Below are positions 21,431 through 30,447 of a stretch of 64,000 nucleotides of DNA, piece by piece; within the stretch, counting starts at the first letter, position 1, and every line of letters begins with the position of its first letter. The translations under genes and the position numbers were made by a program. Source of the stretch: Candidatus Brocadiia bacterium (GTDB lineage Bacteria > Planctomycetota > Brocadiia > CAIUPP01); assembly GCA_050015075.1 (NCBI GenBank), contig JBEKCB010000001.1:1-64000 (forward strand), written 5' to 3'. The notes under the pieces were generated by a model, which ran no database searches, had not been told where the DNA came from, and saw only the letters and a program-made list of their open reading frames with translations.

Positions 21431-22678
21431 TCAGAACTGCTTGAACTTCACCCCCGGCTTCTTCCCGTACTCGATCACCACCGGGCGTCCGCCGTTGAGG
21501 ATGGACATGCGGCCGGCCTCGATGACCAGCTCGTTGTACGAGCTGTTCGCCGGCGTCGAGAGCACGCCTTCGGCATCAATCTCGCCGAGGATCTTTCGCC
21601 GCGCGGCCAGGTCCTTGCCGGACTCGACGCGCAGCACCGCCTTCACCAGCGCCTCGATGGAACGGTAGCCGTATCCGACCGGCTCCAGCCCCTGCCCGCC
21701 GCGATAGATCAGCTTGAAATAATCCGGGCTCGGCTCCTGGAACGTCCGCCCGTCGCTCGGGCGCTCGGTGCAGACCTTCACGCCGCGGTACTGGTCGTCG
21801 TGCAGCACCAGGCAGCCGTCCTTCGAGCCTTTGCAGAACAGGTGCAGGCCCTGCGTGTTGCCGCCGGGGCCGGCGTTCGGATAGCACATGCCGTCGAGCA
21901 CGCTCAGCGTGGCGCCGTTCTCCCAGCTCACGATCGCGTTGCACCAGAGGAAGCCCTCGCGGCCGTTCGGGTATCGGTCCTTGCCGCCGTACACGCACAC
22001 CTCGCTCGGCATCAGGCCGGTGATGAAATGGAGCTGGTCCACGTAGTGGCAGCCGACGTAGGTGAACATGTCGCTGTTCTCGACGGTGCACCAGTTCTGG
22101 AAATTGCTGTCGCGGTAGTACCACGGCTCGTTGAGCCAGGCGTGGCCGAGCTTGAACTCGCCGAGGTTGCCGGAGCGGTACTGCTGGCGCGCCATCAGCG
22201 CGCGGTCGTCGAAGCGCTTGTGGTACTCGATGCCGACGAACAAGCCGCGCTCGAGCGCCCGCTTCTCGATCTCGATCGCCTGGGCGTACTTCAGCACGAG
22301 CGGCTTGACGGTGATGACATGCTGGTTCGCCTCAAGCGCCTTGAGGATGGTGGCGTAATGGAGCTGGTCGGGCACCGCGACGAAGGCGATATTGCGCTCC
22401 GGCATTTTCCGGAGGACTTCCTCGAAGAGCGCCGGGAATTTCTCGTCGAGCCCGACCTTGCGGAAATCCGGGTGCGGCGTAAAGCCGTGCCCGGGGAACG
22501 CCTCGAGCAGCGCCGGGTCCTCGGCGAGCACCTTCAGTGGCGCGCCGTTCAAGGCGCAGATCGAGATATCCCCGAGCAGCCCGATCCGCTGAAGCTGGTA
22601 GAGCGACGGCAGAATCTGAATCTGCGTGATCATCCCGCCGCCGATGACGGCGACCTGAGACGCCTTGCTCCTGGCCAT
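21431..22678 (-). CDS. Gfo/Idh/MocA family oxidoreductase
   Basis: VIGGGMI, VAVPDQLH, VKPL, EYHKRFD and GCHYVD motifs. Confidence 0.85.
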   Translation of the reverse strand: MARSKASQVAVIGGGMITQIQILPSLYQLQRIGLLGDISICALNGAPLKVLAEDPALLEAFPGHGFTPHPDFRKVGLDEKFPALFEEVLRKMPERNIAFVAVPDQLHYATILKALEANQHVITVKPLVLKYAQAIEIEKRALERGLFVGIEYHKRFDDRALMARQQYRSGNLGEFKLGHAWLNEPWYYRDSNFQNWCTVENSDMFTYVGCHYVDQLHFITGLMPSEVCVYGGKDRYPNGREGFLWCNAIVSWENGATLSVLDGMCYPNAGPGGNTQGLHLFCKGSKDGCLVLHDDQYRGVKVCTERPSDGRTFQEPSPDYFKLIYRGGQGLEPVGYGYRSIEALVKAVLRVESGKDLAARRKILGEIDAEGVLSTPANSSYNELVIEAGRMSILNGGRPVVIEYGKKPGVKFKQF

Positions 22679-22782
22679 GTGAATTCCTTTCTCACTGGAT
22701 GAATTTCAGAAGAACCATGCCCGCCGCGTATGATACGAAACCGCACGCGACAAGGCAACTGCCGGCCCTGTTGAGACCGCGC

Positions 22783-22811
22783 TTGACAAATGACGTCTAG
22801 ACGTCTATAGT
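22783..22811 (+). promoter_or_regulatory. Sigma70 promoter of the methyltransferase with a perfect 14-bp palindrome in the spacer
   Basis: TTGACA (22783-22788), 17 bp, TATAGT (22806-22811). The spacer holds GACGTCTAGACGTC (22792-22805). Confidence 0.8.
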
Positions 22812-22820
22812 GCGAGCAGG

Positions 22821-23993
22821 ATGAAGAAAAAACACTTGAAATGCCGGCCGGGCGAGGTGCGCGACGCCATCGTGCGCGCCTTGCGGACGAGTCCCCGAGC
22901 GCGCTCGGCGAAGGAACTGGCGCAGGCCGTCTCGGAAAGCATAGGCGGCGTCCCCGCATCATCCGTGCGGTCTTATCTTCGGCTCAACACGCCGGGAATG
23001 TTCGTGCGGGAACTCAGAGGCGTCTATCGCTTGCGCGACATGCAGATGACGTTACTGGTCCCGCGCGCGGCTCTTCCGGCGCCGCTGCGGCCGCCGTTCA
23101 CGCACGGAAACGCCACACTTTACTGCGACGACTGCTTCGAATGGCTGGCGCGCCGGGATGACAACTGCATCCACGCCGTCGTCACCGATCCGCCTTACGG
23201 CCTCCATGAATACACCCCGGAACAACAGGCCAAGCTGAGAAACGGCAGGGGCGGCGTCTGGCGCATACCGCCCAGCTTCGACGGAACCAAGCGCGCTCCG
23301 CTGCCGCGCTTCACGACGCTGACGCCGGACCAGTTGGAAGAGCTGAGAGAGTTCTTCCGCCGGTTCGGCCGCGCGCTCCTGCCGAAGCTGACGCCCGGCG
23401 CCAACGTCGTCGTCGCATCGAACCCGCTGCTTTCCCATATTGTGGCGGACGGGCTGTCGCAATCGGGCCTCGAAAGACGCGGCGAACTGGTGAGGCTGGT
23501 CATGACCCTGCGCGGTGGAGATCGGCCCAAGGCGGCGCACGAGGAGTTTTCACAAGTGAGCGTCATGCCGCGTTCCATGTGGGAACCGTGGCTCATTTAC
23601 CGCAAACCGCTGGAAGGGCGCGCGCAGGACAATCTTCGGAAGTGGCAGACCGGCGGCTTCCGGCGCCCGTCGCCGCAGCGGCCGTTTGGGGACGTCATTC
23701 GCTCGTCGCCGACGCGAAAAGAGGAGCGATCGCTGGCGCCGCATCCCAGCCTCAAGCCGCAGGCGTTCATGCGGCAATTGGTGTACGGGGTGCTCCCGCT
23801 CGGGCGCGGGATCGTGCTCGATCCGTTCGCCGGCTCGGGCTCAACTCTGGCGGCGGCGGAGGCCGTCGGATATCGCAGCATCGGCGTGGAGAAGGATCCG
23901 CATTACTTCGACATGGCGTCCAGGGCCATCTCGAAGCTCGCGGCGCTGCCGGCACGGAGCATGAAGCCGTTCACGTCGTGGAAGAAGTCGTAG
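22821..23993 (+). CDS. Site-specific DNA methyltransferase (N6-A/N4-C, beta-type motif order) with a putative N-terminal HTH
   Basis: Motif IV TDPPY precedes HPSLKP and motif I LDPFAGSGST. The N-terminal ~70 aa look winged-helix-like. Confidence 0.9.
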   Translation: MKKKHLKCRPGEVRDAIVRALRTSPRARSAKELAQAVSESIGGVPASSVRSYLRLNTPGMFVRELRGVYRLRDMQMTLLVPRAALPAPLRPPFTHGNATLYCDDCFEWLARRDDNCIHAVVTDPPYGLHEYTPEQQAKLRNGRGGVWRIPPSFDGTKRAPLPRFTTLTPDQLEELREFFRRFGRALLPKLTPGANVVVASNPLLSHIVADGLSQSGLERRGELVRLVMTLRGGDRPKAAHEEFSQVSVMPRSMWEPWLIYRKPLEGRAQDNLRKWQTGGFRRPSPQRPFGDVIRSSPTRKEERSLAPHPSLKPQAFMRQLVYGVLPLGRGIVLDPFAGSGSTLAAAEAVGYRSIGVEKDPHYFDMASRAISKLAALPARSMKPFTSWKKS

Positions 23994-24091
23994 ATGTCCT
24001 GCATGGCCATCTCGAAGTCCTGCAGTCTCAACTGGTACGGAAGAATCGCCTCTTTGTTGAACCGGCTGACATCCACGACGTTTCGTTTCAT
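23903..24091 (-). pseudogene. N-terminal remnant of a convergent partner gene (putative restriction endonuclease)
   Basis: GAGGA RBS and ATG at 24091 give MKRNVVDVSRFNKEAILPYQLRLQDFEMAMQDIYDFFHDVNGF. After ~45 codons the frame runs antisense into the MTase 3' end. Confidence 0.55.
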
Positions 24092-24220
24092 CGCGTCCTC
24101 GCCCGGCCCGGACCGGAAGGAATTTCCGCGCGCCGCGCACAAAATCACCGGTTCCAGCCAGAAAGAGAGTATAATGAAAATCGGCGCAGCGGACAATCGC
24201 CGCGGGACGCAACCTGGGCC

Positions 24221-25201
24221 ATGGGAAATCGAAACTTGGAAATCGCCGCGAGGACTTTCGCCAGACCGGCCGTGTTCGTGAGCCGCTGCCTCGGGTTCGC
24301 GGCGTGCCGGTACGACGGCGTCGCGATCGGGGACGACCTGATCGAGGCGATGAGGCCGCACGTCGAATTCCGCGCCGTCTGCCCGGAGATGGCCGTCGGG
24401 CTCGGCGTGCCGCGCGAGCGCATCCGGCTCGTCGGACCGGGCCGGGCGCTGCGGCTCGTCCAGCCGGCCACCGGGCGCGACCTGACGAACCCGATGACGC
24501 GCTTCGCCGAGCTGCGCTTGACTTCCGCGAGCGGGCTCCACGGTTTCATTCTTAAATCGCGCTCGCCTTCCTGCGGCGTCAGCGACGCGAAACGCTACTC
24601 CCGGGCGGACTCGAAGAATCCCGTCGGGCGCGGCGCCGGGCTCTTCGCCGCGGCGGCGCTCCGGAAATTCCCCGACCTGCCGATCGAGGACGAGGCGCGC
24701 CTGGCGGACCCGCGCCTGCGCGAGCATTTCCTCACGCGCTTGTTCACCCGGGCGGCGTTCGAGGAGGTTGCGCGGTCGCGCCTGCTCAAGGCGCTGGTGC
24801 AGTTCCAGGCCGCGAACGAGATGCTGCTGGAGGCGCACTCGCGCAAGGACGCCGCCGAGCTGCGCCGGATCGTCGCGAATCGCGAGCGGCGCTCGCTCGA
24901 CGCGCTGCTGCCCGACTACCGCGCGCGGCTGGCGCAGGCGCTGGCGCGGCCGGGAAAGGCCGGCTCGAACGCCACGGCGTTGATGCGCGCGATGGAGTCG
25001 CTCTCGAAACCGCCGGCCGCGAGAGAGAAGGCGCGGTTCCTCGCCGCGCTCGAGAAGTACCGCGCCGGCAAGCTGCCGCTCGGCGCACCGCGGCGCATCC
25101 TCCGCGACTGGATCGCGAAAAACCCCGACGATAAATTCCTGGCCCGCCAGACTTTCTTCGAGCCATATCCGAGTGAACTGGATTCCCCGACGCGTTGCTG
25201 A
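24221..25201 (+). CDS. DUF523/DUF1722 (2-thiouracil desulfidase-like / YbgA) protein
   Basis: SRCLGFAACRYDG, VCPEMAVGLGVPR, LKSRSPSCG and C-terminal QTFFEPYP. Confidence 0.88.
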   Translation: MGNRNLEIAARTFARPAVFVSRCLGFAACRYDGVAIGDDLIEAMRPHVEFRAVCPEMAVGLGVPRERIRLVGPGRALRLVQPATGRDLTNPMTRFAELRLTSASGLHGFILKSRSPSCGVSDAKRYSRADSKNPVGRGAGLFAAAALRKFPDLPIEDEARLADPRLREHFLTRLFTRAAFEEVARSRLLKALVQFQAANEMLLEAHSRKDAAELRRIVANRERRSLDALLPDYRARLAQALARPGKAGSNATALMRAMESLSKPPAAREKARFLAALEKYRAGKLPLGAPRRILRDWIAKNPDDKFLARQTFFEPYPSELDSPTRC

Positions 25202-25231
25202 TCGCCGCCAACCGCCCGCGACCGCCGCTAA

Positions 25232-25361
25232 CAGCCCGTTGAAAAAGCCTGGCCGCTCGTAGTGTGCCCGTGAGGGCATACGAAGTAGCGCCTGACGGCG
25301 CCACTACAAGCGAGGCACTGGCCGAGGCGTAGCGTGTGCGCCACACTTTTTCAACGGGCCG
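25232..25361. mobile_element. Putative 130-bp MITE with 15-bp terminal inverted repeats and CTAA flanking duplication
   Basis: CAGCCCGTTGAAAAA (25232-25246) and TTTTTCAACGGGCCG (25347-25361) match at 14/15. CTAA lies at 25228-25231 and 25362-25365. Confidence 0.65.
25259..25307 (-). repeat. 49-bp GTAG-type REP-like element, copy 2
   Basis: Reverse-orientation copy of the 13485 element, nested inside the MITE. Confidence 0.85.
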
Positions 25362-26843
25362 CTAACCGGAGCCGTTGCCGGCGAGGTCCGCGCGGTTCCA
25401 CCATCCTCCGCCGAGAGCCTGAAAGAGCGCGGCGGTGTCGGCATAGCGATTGGCCTGGGCCTGAACCAGGTTAATCAGGGCTTGCTGATACGCCTGTTCC
25501 GCGCTGAGCAGCGACAGGTAGCTCGCGTAGCCGGACTTCCACTGCTGCCGGGCCAGGTCCAGCGTGACGCCGGCGGCCTCTTTCGCGGCGGCGGCGGCTT
25601 TCAGGGCGTCCGCGTCCTGCTCGAGCGCGTTCAGCGTGTCGGCCACATTCTGAAATGCGGCCAGGACGGCGCTGCGGTATTGTTCCGAGGCCAGCACATA
25701 GGCCGCCCGCGCGGCGCGCTCCCTGTGCAGCAACGTCCCGCCCTGGAAAACGGGCTGGGTCACCGCTCCGGCCAGGGTCCAGAAGCCGGCGCTCTCCGTG
25801 AAAAGTTGGCTGCCCTCCAGCGCGGCGATCCCGGCGTCCGCGGTGAGCGTGATGTTCGGCAGGCGGTTCGCGACGGCGATGCCGATCTGGGCGCTGGCGG
25901 CGTGGAGGTTCTCCTCGGCCTGGCGCACGTCGGGCCGCTGTTCCACAAGCCGCGCGGGCAGGCTCAGCGGCAATTCCTGCGGCAACTGCAAGCTGGAAAG
26001 CTCGAACTGCTCGGCCGGAGACTGACTCGGGAAACCGCCGGAGAGCGCGGCCAGCAGGTCGCGCTGCTGGGCCAGTTGCTTGATCAGCGGCGGGAGCGTG
26101 GCGGCGACTTGCGCGAGCTGCGATTCCTGCGCCGCGACGTCGAGCCGGTCGGCGTAGCCTTTCGCGAACTGCTTGCGCAGGACTTCGAGCATGTCGGTGT
26201 TGATCGTGATGAGCTCGCGCGTCGCGGCAACCTGCGCGCGCAGGGACGCCTCCTGGATGGCCGCCGCGGCCACGTTGGAGCTCAGCGTGATGTGCGTCGC
26301 CGCCAGGGCGAATCGCGCCTGTTCCGCCTGCGCCTGCAGGGACTCCACGGTCCGCCGATTGAGGCCGAACACGTCCGGCATGTACGACACGCTGACCTGC
26401 GGAGTATACAGGCTGAAATACAAGGCGTTGGAGTTGGGGATGGGCGCAAGCTCGCTCGAGGTCTTCTGCCGGCTCGCGGAGAAACCGGCCGCGACGTTGG
26501 GATAGTAAGCGCCCTTCTGCGCCAGCACGTTTTCGCGCGCCACGTCCAATGCGGCCTGCGCCGCCTTGATGTCCGGGTTGGCCTTGAGCGAGCGCTCGAT
26601 CAAGTCGTTGAGCGGCTGCGAGTGGAACAGGGTCCACCATTCTCCGGGAATGTCCTGTCCGCTGAGAAAGCGCTGCGGCTCGCCGGCGGCGACGTTCGGC
26701 GTGCCGCTCGTCGCCGCCGGCGGGGTGGGCGTATAACCGCTGACCTCCGGAGCGGCCGGTTTCTCGAAGTTCGGCCCCACGGCGCAGCCGACGAGGAGCG
26801 CTGCGGCCAGGGCTGAAAATACGGCGGAATGCGTTGTCTTCAC
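25362..26843 (-). CDS. RND efflux outer membrane lipoprotein (NodT/OprM family)
   Basis: LLVGCAVGP lipobox, WWTLF, LVEQRPDVRQAE and ALGGGWW C-terminus. Confidence 0.92.
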   Translation of the reverse strand: MKTTHSAVFSALAAALLVGCAVGPNFEKPAAPEVSGYTPTPPAATSGTPNVAAGEPQRFLSGQDIPGEWWTLFHSQPLNDLIERSLKANPDIKAAQAALDVARENVLAQKGAYYPNVAAGFSASRQKTSSELAPIPNSNALYFSLYTPQVSVSYMPDVFGLNRRTVESLQAQAEQARFALAATHITLSSNVAAAAIQEASLRAQVAATRELITINTDMLEVLRKQFAKGYADRLDVAAQESQLAQVAATLPPLIKQLAQQRDLLAALSGGFPSQSPAEQFELSSLQLPQELPLSLPARLVEQRPDVRQAEENLHAASAQIGIAVANRLPNITLTADAGIAALEGSQLFTESAGFWTLAGAVTQPVFQGGTLLHRERAARAAYVLASEQYRSAVLAAFQNVADTLNALEQDADALKAAAAAKEAAGVTLDLARQQWKSGYASYLSLLSAEQAYQQALINLVQAQANRYADTAALFQALGGGWWNRADLAGNGSG

Positions 26844-27187
26844 GGCTTGCGCCTTATCTCGGTCCCTTTGATGGCGGCGCTGCTCCCTGCGCGCGAGGTC
26901 GCCGGCCCGCCGATGCTCGCAGCGCCGGGACCTCGCCTCGGCGCCGGATTGGGCGGCGGCGCGGGCGGCCGGACCACCGGCGGGAAAGCAAATCGGGCGC
27001 GCGGCGGCTCCGTTTTCCCGGCCGTGATTCCGCCCTTCACCGCGGGCGCGGATTTCTTCAAAGCCGGCGGACGATTCGCGGCGGCCGCGCGCTCAGCCGG
27101 CCGAGGCGTCGGCTCGCCGGCAAATCCCAGGCCGAGCGCCAATGCGCTGGAGCTGACGATTGCGAGGATAAGACGCGTTGTCTTCAT
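26840..27187 (-). CDS. Small basic, Pro/Ala-rich putative exported protein
   Basis: Starts 8 bp after the RND pump stop and overlaps the OMP start by 4 bp. N-terminus is signal-peptide-like. Confidence 0.55.
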   Translation of the reverse strand: MKTTRLILAIVSSSALALGLGFAGEPTPRPAERAAAANRPPALKKSAPAVKGGITAGKTEPPRARFAFPPVVRPPAPPPNPAPRRGPGAASIGGPATSRAGSSAAIKGTEIRRKP

Positions 27188-27194
27188 AGCCCCC

Positions 27195-30100
27195 CTATTC
27201 GGCGGATTGAGCTTGCGGCTGGGACTTCTCGCCGCCGCGGCCCAGGAATACGATCTTCAGCGCGGGCACGACGATGAGCAGCATGATCGGGCCGACCAGC
27301 ATGCCGCCCACGATCACGGTGGCCAACGGACGCTGCACCTGGCTTCCGATGCCGGTGGATATCGCCGCCGGGAAGAGTCCGATGCATGCCGAGAGGCTCG
27401 TCATCAGCAGCGGGCGCATCCGGGTCGTGCCGGCATGCAACATCGCGTTCACGGGCGTCCATCCGTGAAGCCTCGCCTGATTGTAATAGGTGATGAGCAG
27501 GATGCCGTTCATGACGGACACGCCGAACAGCGAGACGAAACCGATCGCGGCGGAGATGCTGAAATTGAGGCCGGAGACGTAGAGCGCCAGCACGCCGCCG
27601 GCAACCGCGAAGGGAATCCCGGAAAGCGTCAGCACGCATTCCAGCAGTGAGTTGAACAGGCAGTAGAGCAGGCCGACGATGAGCACCAGTGTGACCGGCA
27701 CAATGATCGCCAGGCGCTCTTTGGCCAGTTGAAGGTCCTCGAACTCGCCGGCCCAGATGATGCGATATCCGCTCGGAAGCTTGACGTTCTTCGCGATGCG
27801 CGCCTGAGCTTCCGCCACCGTGCTCCCGAGGTCGCGCTCGCGCACGCTGAACTTGACCGGGATGAAGCGTTCCGTGGTCTCGTGATAAATCCACGCCGCG
27901 CCGTTGTCCAGAGAGATCGTCGCCAGTTCGCTCAATGGGATGTAAGCATTCGCGCCGCTGCTCGTCTGATACGCTACCTTGATGTTCCGGATCTTCTCGA
28001 CGCTGTCACGGTATTCGGGCGCAAAGCGGACAGCCAGCCCGAACTGGCGGTCGCCCTCCAGCACCGTCGTCGCCGACGCGCCGCCCAGCGCCGCCTGGAT
28101 GACCGTGTTCACGTCGCCGGTATTGAGGCCGTACCGCGCGGCCTTCGCGCGGTCCACCTTGATGTTCAGGTTCGGCTGGCCGAGGACGGGGAAGATGCCC
28201 AGGTCCTCGATCCCGCGGACCTGGCTCATCTGGTCCCTGACCTGCGCGGCGAGCTTCTCCAGGGTTTCAAGATTCGGGCCGAGGATCTTGACCGAATTGG
28301 CGCCCTTGACGCCGGAGATCGCCTCCTCGATGTTGTCCTGGATGTACTGGGAGAAATTGAAGACGACGCCGGGCAACTCGCTCTGGAACTCTGCCTGGAT
28401 CTGCTCCGTCAGCTTCTCCTTGGTCAGGCCCTTCGGCCATTCGTCGTACGGTTTCAGCGGCGCGAAGAGCTCGACGTTGGAGAACGGCGAGGCGTCGGTC
28501 CCGTTGTCCGGCCGGCCGTGCTGGGAAGTCACGGTGATGACTTCCGGATGTCTCAGGAGGATCAGCCGCATTTTTCGCGTCGCCGCCTCGCCGTCTTCAA
28601 GGGAGAGCGTCGAGGGCATCGAGGCGCGAATCCAGAAATTGCCCTCTTCCAGTTGCGGGAGGAACTCGCTTCCGAGCCGCAGCCCCAGGACTGCGACCAC
28701 GGCCAGGAAGACTATCCCAAGGCCGACCGTGACGGCGCGGTGGTCCAGCGCAAAGCGCAGCGCGGGATTGTAAAATCGGTGCAGGAGGCGGACGACCACC
28801 GTCTCGGCCTCCTTCACGCTCTGCGGAAGGAAGATGGAGGCGAGCACGGGCGTGACCGTGAAGGTGGCCAGCAGCGCGCCCGCCAGCGCGTAGGCGTAGG
28901 TGCGCGCCATGGGGCTGAAGATCTGGCCTTCGACTCCCTGCATGGTGAACAGCGGCACGAAACCGGCCACGGTGATGAGCGCCGAGAAGAAGATCGCCTT
29001 GTCCACCTGCAGCGCGCTGACCAGGATCAGCCGCAGGCGCTCGGTCCAGCCGCCGGCGGGCTGGGCGTGCGGCGGCTTCGTCGGGTCGGCTCCGTAGAAA
29101 TTCTCCGCCAGGCGGCTCAGCATGAGCTGCCGGTCTTCCGCGGGCCTCTGGAAATTCCGGAAGACGTTCTCCACCAGGATCACCGCCGAGTCCACGATGA
29201 TGCCGAAATCCACCGCGCCGACGGAGAGCAGGTTGGCGCTTTCGCCCTGCAGCACCAGCAGGATAACGGCGAACAGGAGCGCGAACGGGATGTTCACGCC
29301 GACGACGATCGCGCTGCGCAGGTCGCCCAGGAAAATCCACTGGATCAGGAACACCAGCAGGCAGCCGAAAATGAGGTTGTGCAGGACGGTGTGCGTCGTG
29401 AGCGACATCAGCGACCCGCGGTCATAGAACGGGACCACCTTGACGCCCGGCGGCAGGCTTCCGTCGCTGTTCATTTTGGCGACCTCGGCCTTGACCCTGG
29501 GGAGCATTCTTGCGGTCTGCTCCGTGCGGGTCATCACCACGATGGCCGCCACCACGTCGTCGTCCTGGTCCCGCCCGAAAATGCCCAGCCTCGGCACGTA
29601 GCCCACCGTCACCTTGGCGACGTCTTTGATGAGCACGGGAACGCCGTTGGATTGGGAGAGGACCACGTTCTCGATGTCGTCAACCTTGTACCCCTGCGTC
29701 AGGTCGTCGTTGCCGCCGTCGTCAATCAGCCCGACGCCGCGGATGTTGATGGACTGCTGGCCGATGCGGATCTCGCGCCCGCCGACGTTGATGTTCGCGT
29801 TGCCCAGCGCGGTCAGAATCTGCGGCACCGTGACGTTGTAGGCCTCGAGCTTGGGAGGCTCGATCTCGACGTCGAACTGCTTCGTGGTGCCGCCCCAACT
29901 GTTGACTTGCACGATGCCGGGGATGGTCGAGAGCCGGCGCAGCACGATCCAATCCTGGACCGTGCGGAGATTGGTCAGCCCGAAATGCTTCGGGCCGACG
30001 ACCTGGTAGCGATAGATTTCCCCTGTGCCGCTGTTCTGCTGGATCTGGGGTATCTGGCCCGCCGGCAGCGAGACGTTCTGCTGAATCGCGATGTCCGCCT

Positions 30101-30425
30101 GGGCGTACGCGAAGTTGTAGTCCACCCCGTACTTGAACACGACGCGGATGAAGGACAGGCCGTAGAACGAGGTGGATCGGATGACCGAGATACCGGGCGT
30201 CGTGTAAAGGCCGATCTCGATGGGGATCGTGTAGTAGCGCTCCATCTCCTCGGCGGAGAGGCCCGCCGCCTGCGCGGTGATTTCCAGGATGACCGGCGTC
30301 GGGTTCGGATACGCCTCGATGTCGAGCCGCCTGAAGGCGAAGTACCCCGCCCCGGCGAACGCCAGCACGCCGAACACGATGATCGCGCGGCGGCTGAGGC
30401 AGAAGGCAATCACCGACTTAAGCAT
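27195..30425 (-). CDS. CusA/CzcA-family RND efflux permease
   Basis: 1076 aa with GAVDFGIIVDSAVILVEN, GSEFLPQLEEG, RMRPLLMT and QRPLATVIVGG. Confidence 0.93.
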   Translation of the reverse strand: MLKSVIAFCLSRRAIIVFGVLAFAGAGYFAFRRLDIEAYPNPTPVILEITAQAAGLSAEEMERYYTIPIEIGLYTTPGISVIRSTSFYGLSFIRVVFKYGVDYNFAYAQADIAIQQNVSLPAGQIPQIQQNSGTGEIYRYQVVGPKHFGLTNLRTVQDWIVLRRLSTIPGIVQVNSWGGTTKQFDVEIEPPKLEAYNVTVPQILTALGNANINVGGREIRIGQQSINIRGVGLIDDGGNDDLTQGYKVDDIENVVLSQSNGVPVLIKDVAKVTVGYVPRLGIFGRDQDDDVVAAIVVMTRTEQTARMLPRVKAEVAKMNSDGSLPPGVKVVPFYDRGSLMSLTTHTVLHNLIFGCLLVFLIQWIFLGDLRSAIVVGVNIPFALLFAVILLVLQGESANLLSVGAVDFGIIVDSAVILVENVFRNFQRPAEDRQLMLSRLAENFYGADPTKPPHAQPAGGWTERLRLILVSALQVDKAIFFSALITVAGFVPLFTMQGVEGQIFSPMARTYAYALAGALLATFTVTPVLASIFLPQSVKEAETVVVRLLHRFYNPALRFALDHRAVTVGLGIVFLAVVAVLGLRLGSEFLPQLEEGNFWIRASMPSTLSLEDGEAATRKMRLILLRHPEVITVTSQHGRPDNGTDASPFSNVELFAPLKPYDEWPKGLTKEKLTEQIQAEFQSELPGVVFNFSQYIQDNIEEAISGVKGANSVKILGPNLETLEKLAAQVRDQMSQVRGIEDLGIFPVLGQPNLNIKVDRAKAARYGLNTGDVNTVIQAALGGASATTVLEGDRQFGLAVRFAPEYRDSVEKIRNIKVAYQTSSGANAYIPLSELATISLDNGAAWIYHETTERFIPVKFSVRERDLGSTVAEAQARIAKNVKLPSGYRIIWAGEFEDLQLAKERLAIIVPVTLVLIVGLLYCLFNSLLECVLTLSGIPFAVAGGVLALYVSGLNFSISAAIGFVSLFGVSVMNGILLITYYNQARLHGWTPVNAMLHAGTTRMRPLLMTSLSACIGLFPAAISTGIGSQVQRPLATVIVGGMLVGPIMLLIVVPALKIVFLGRGGEKSQPQAQSAE

Positions 30426-30447
30426 AACGGGCCTCTACTGGGTTCAT

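Noticed and set aside
23579-24220. N-terminal extension fusing the MTase region to the DUF523 protein
   Set aside because: It is an alternate-frame overlap; DUF523 motifs begin only after ATG 24221.
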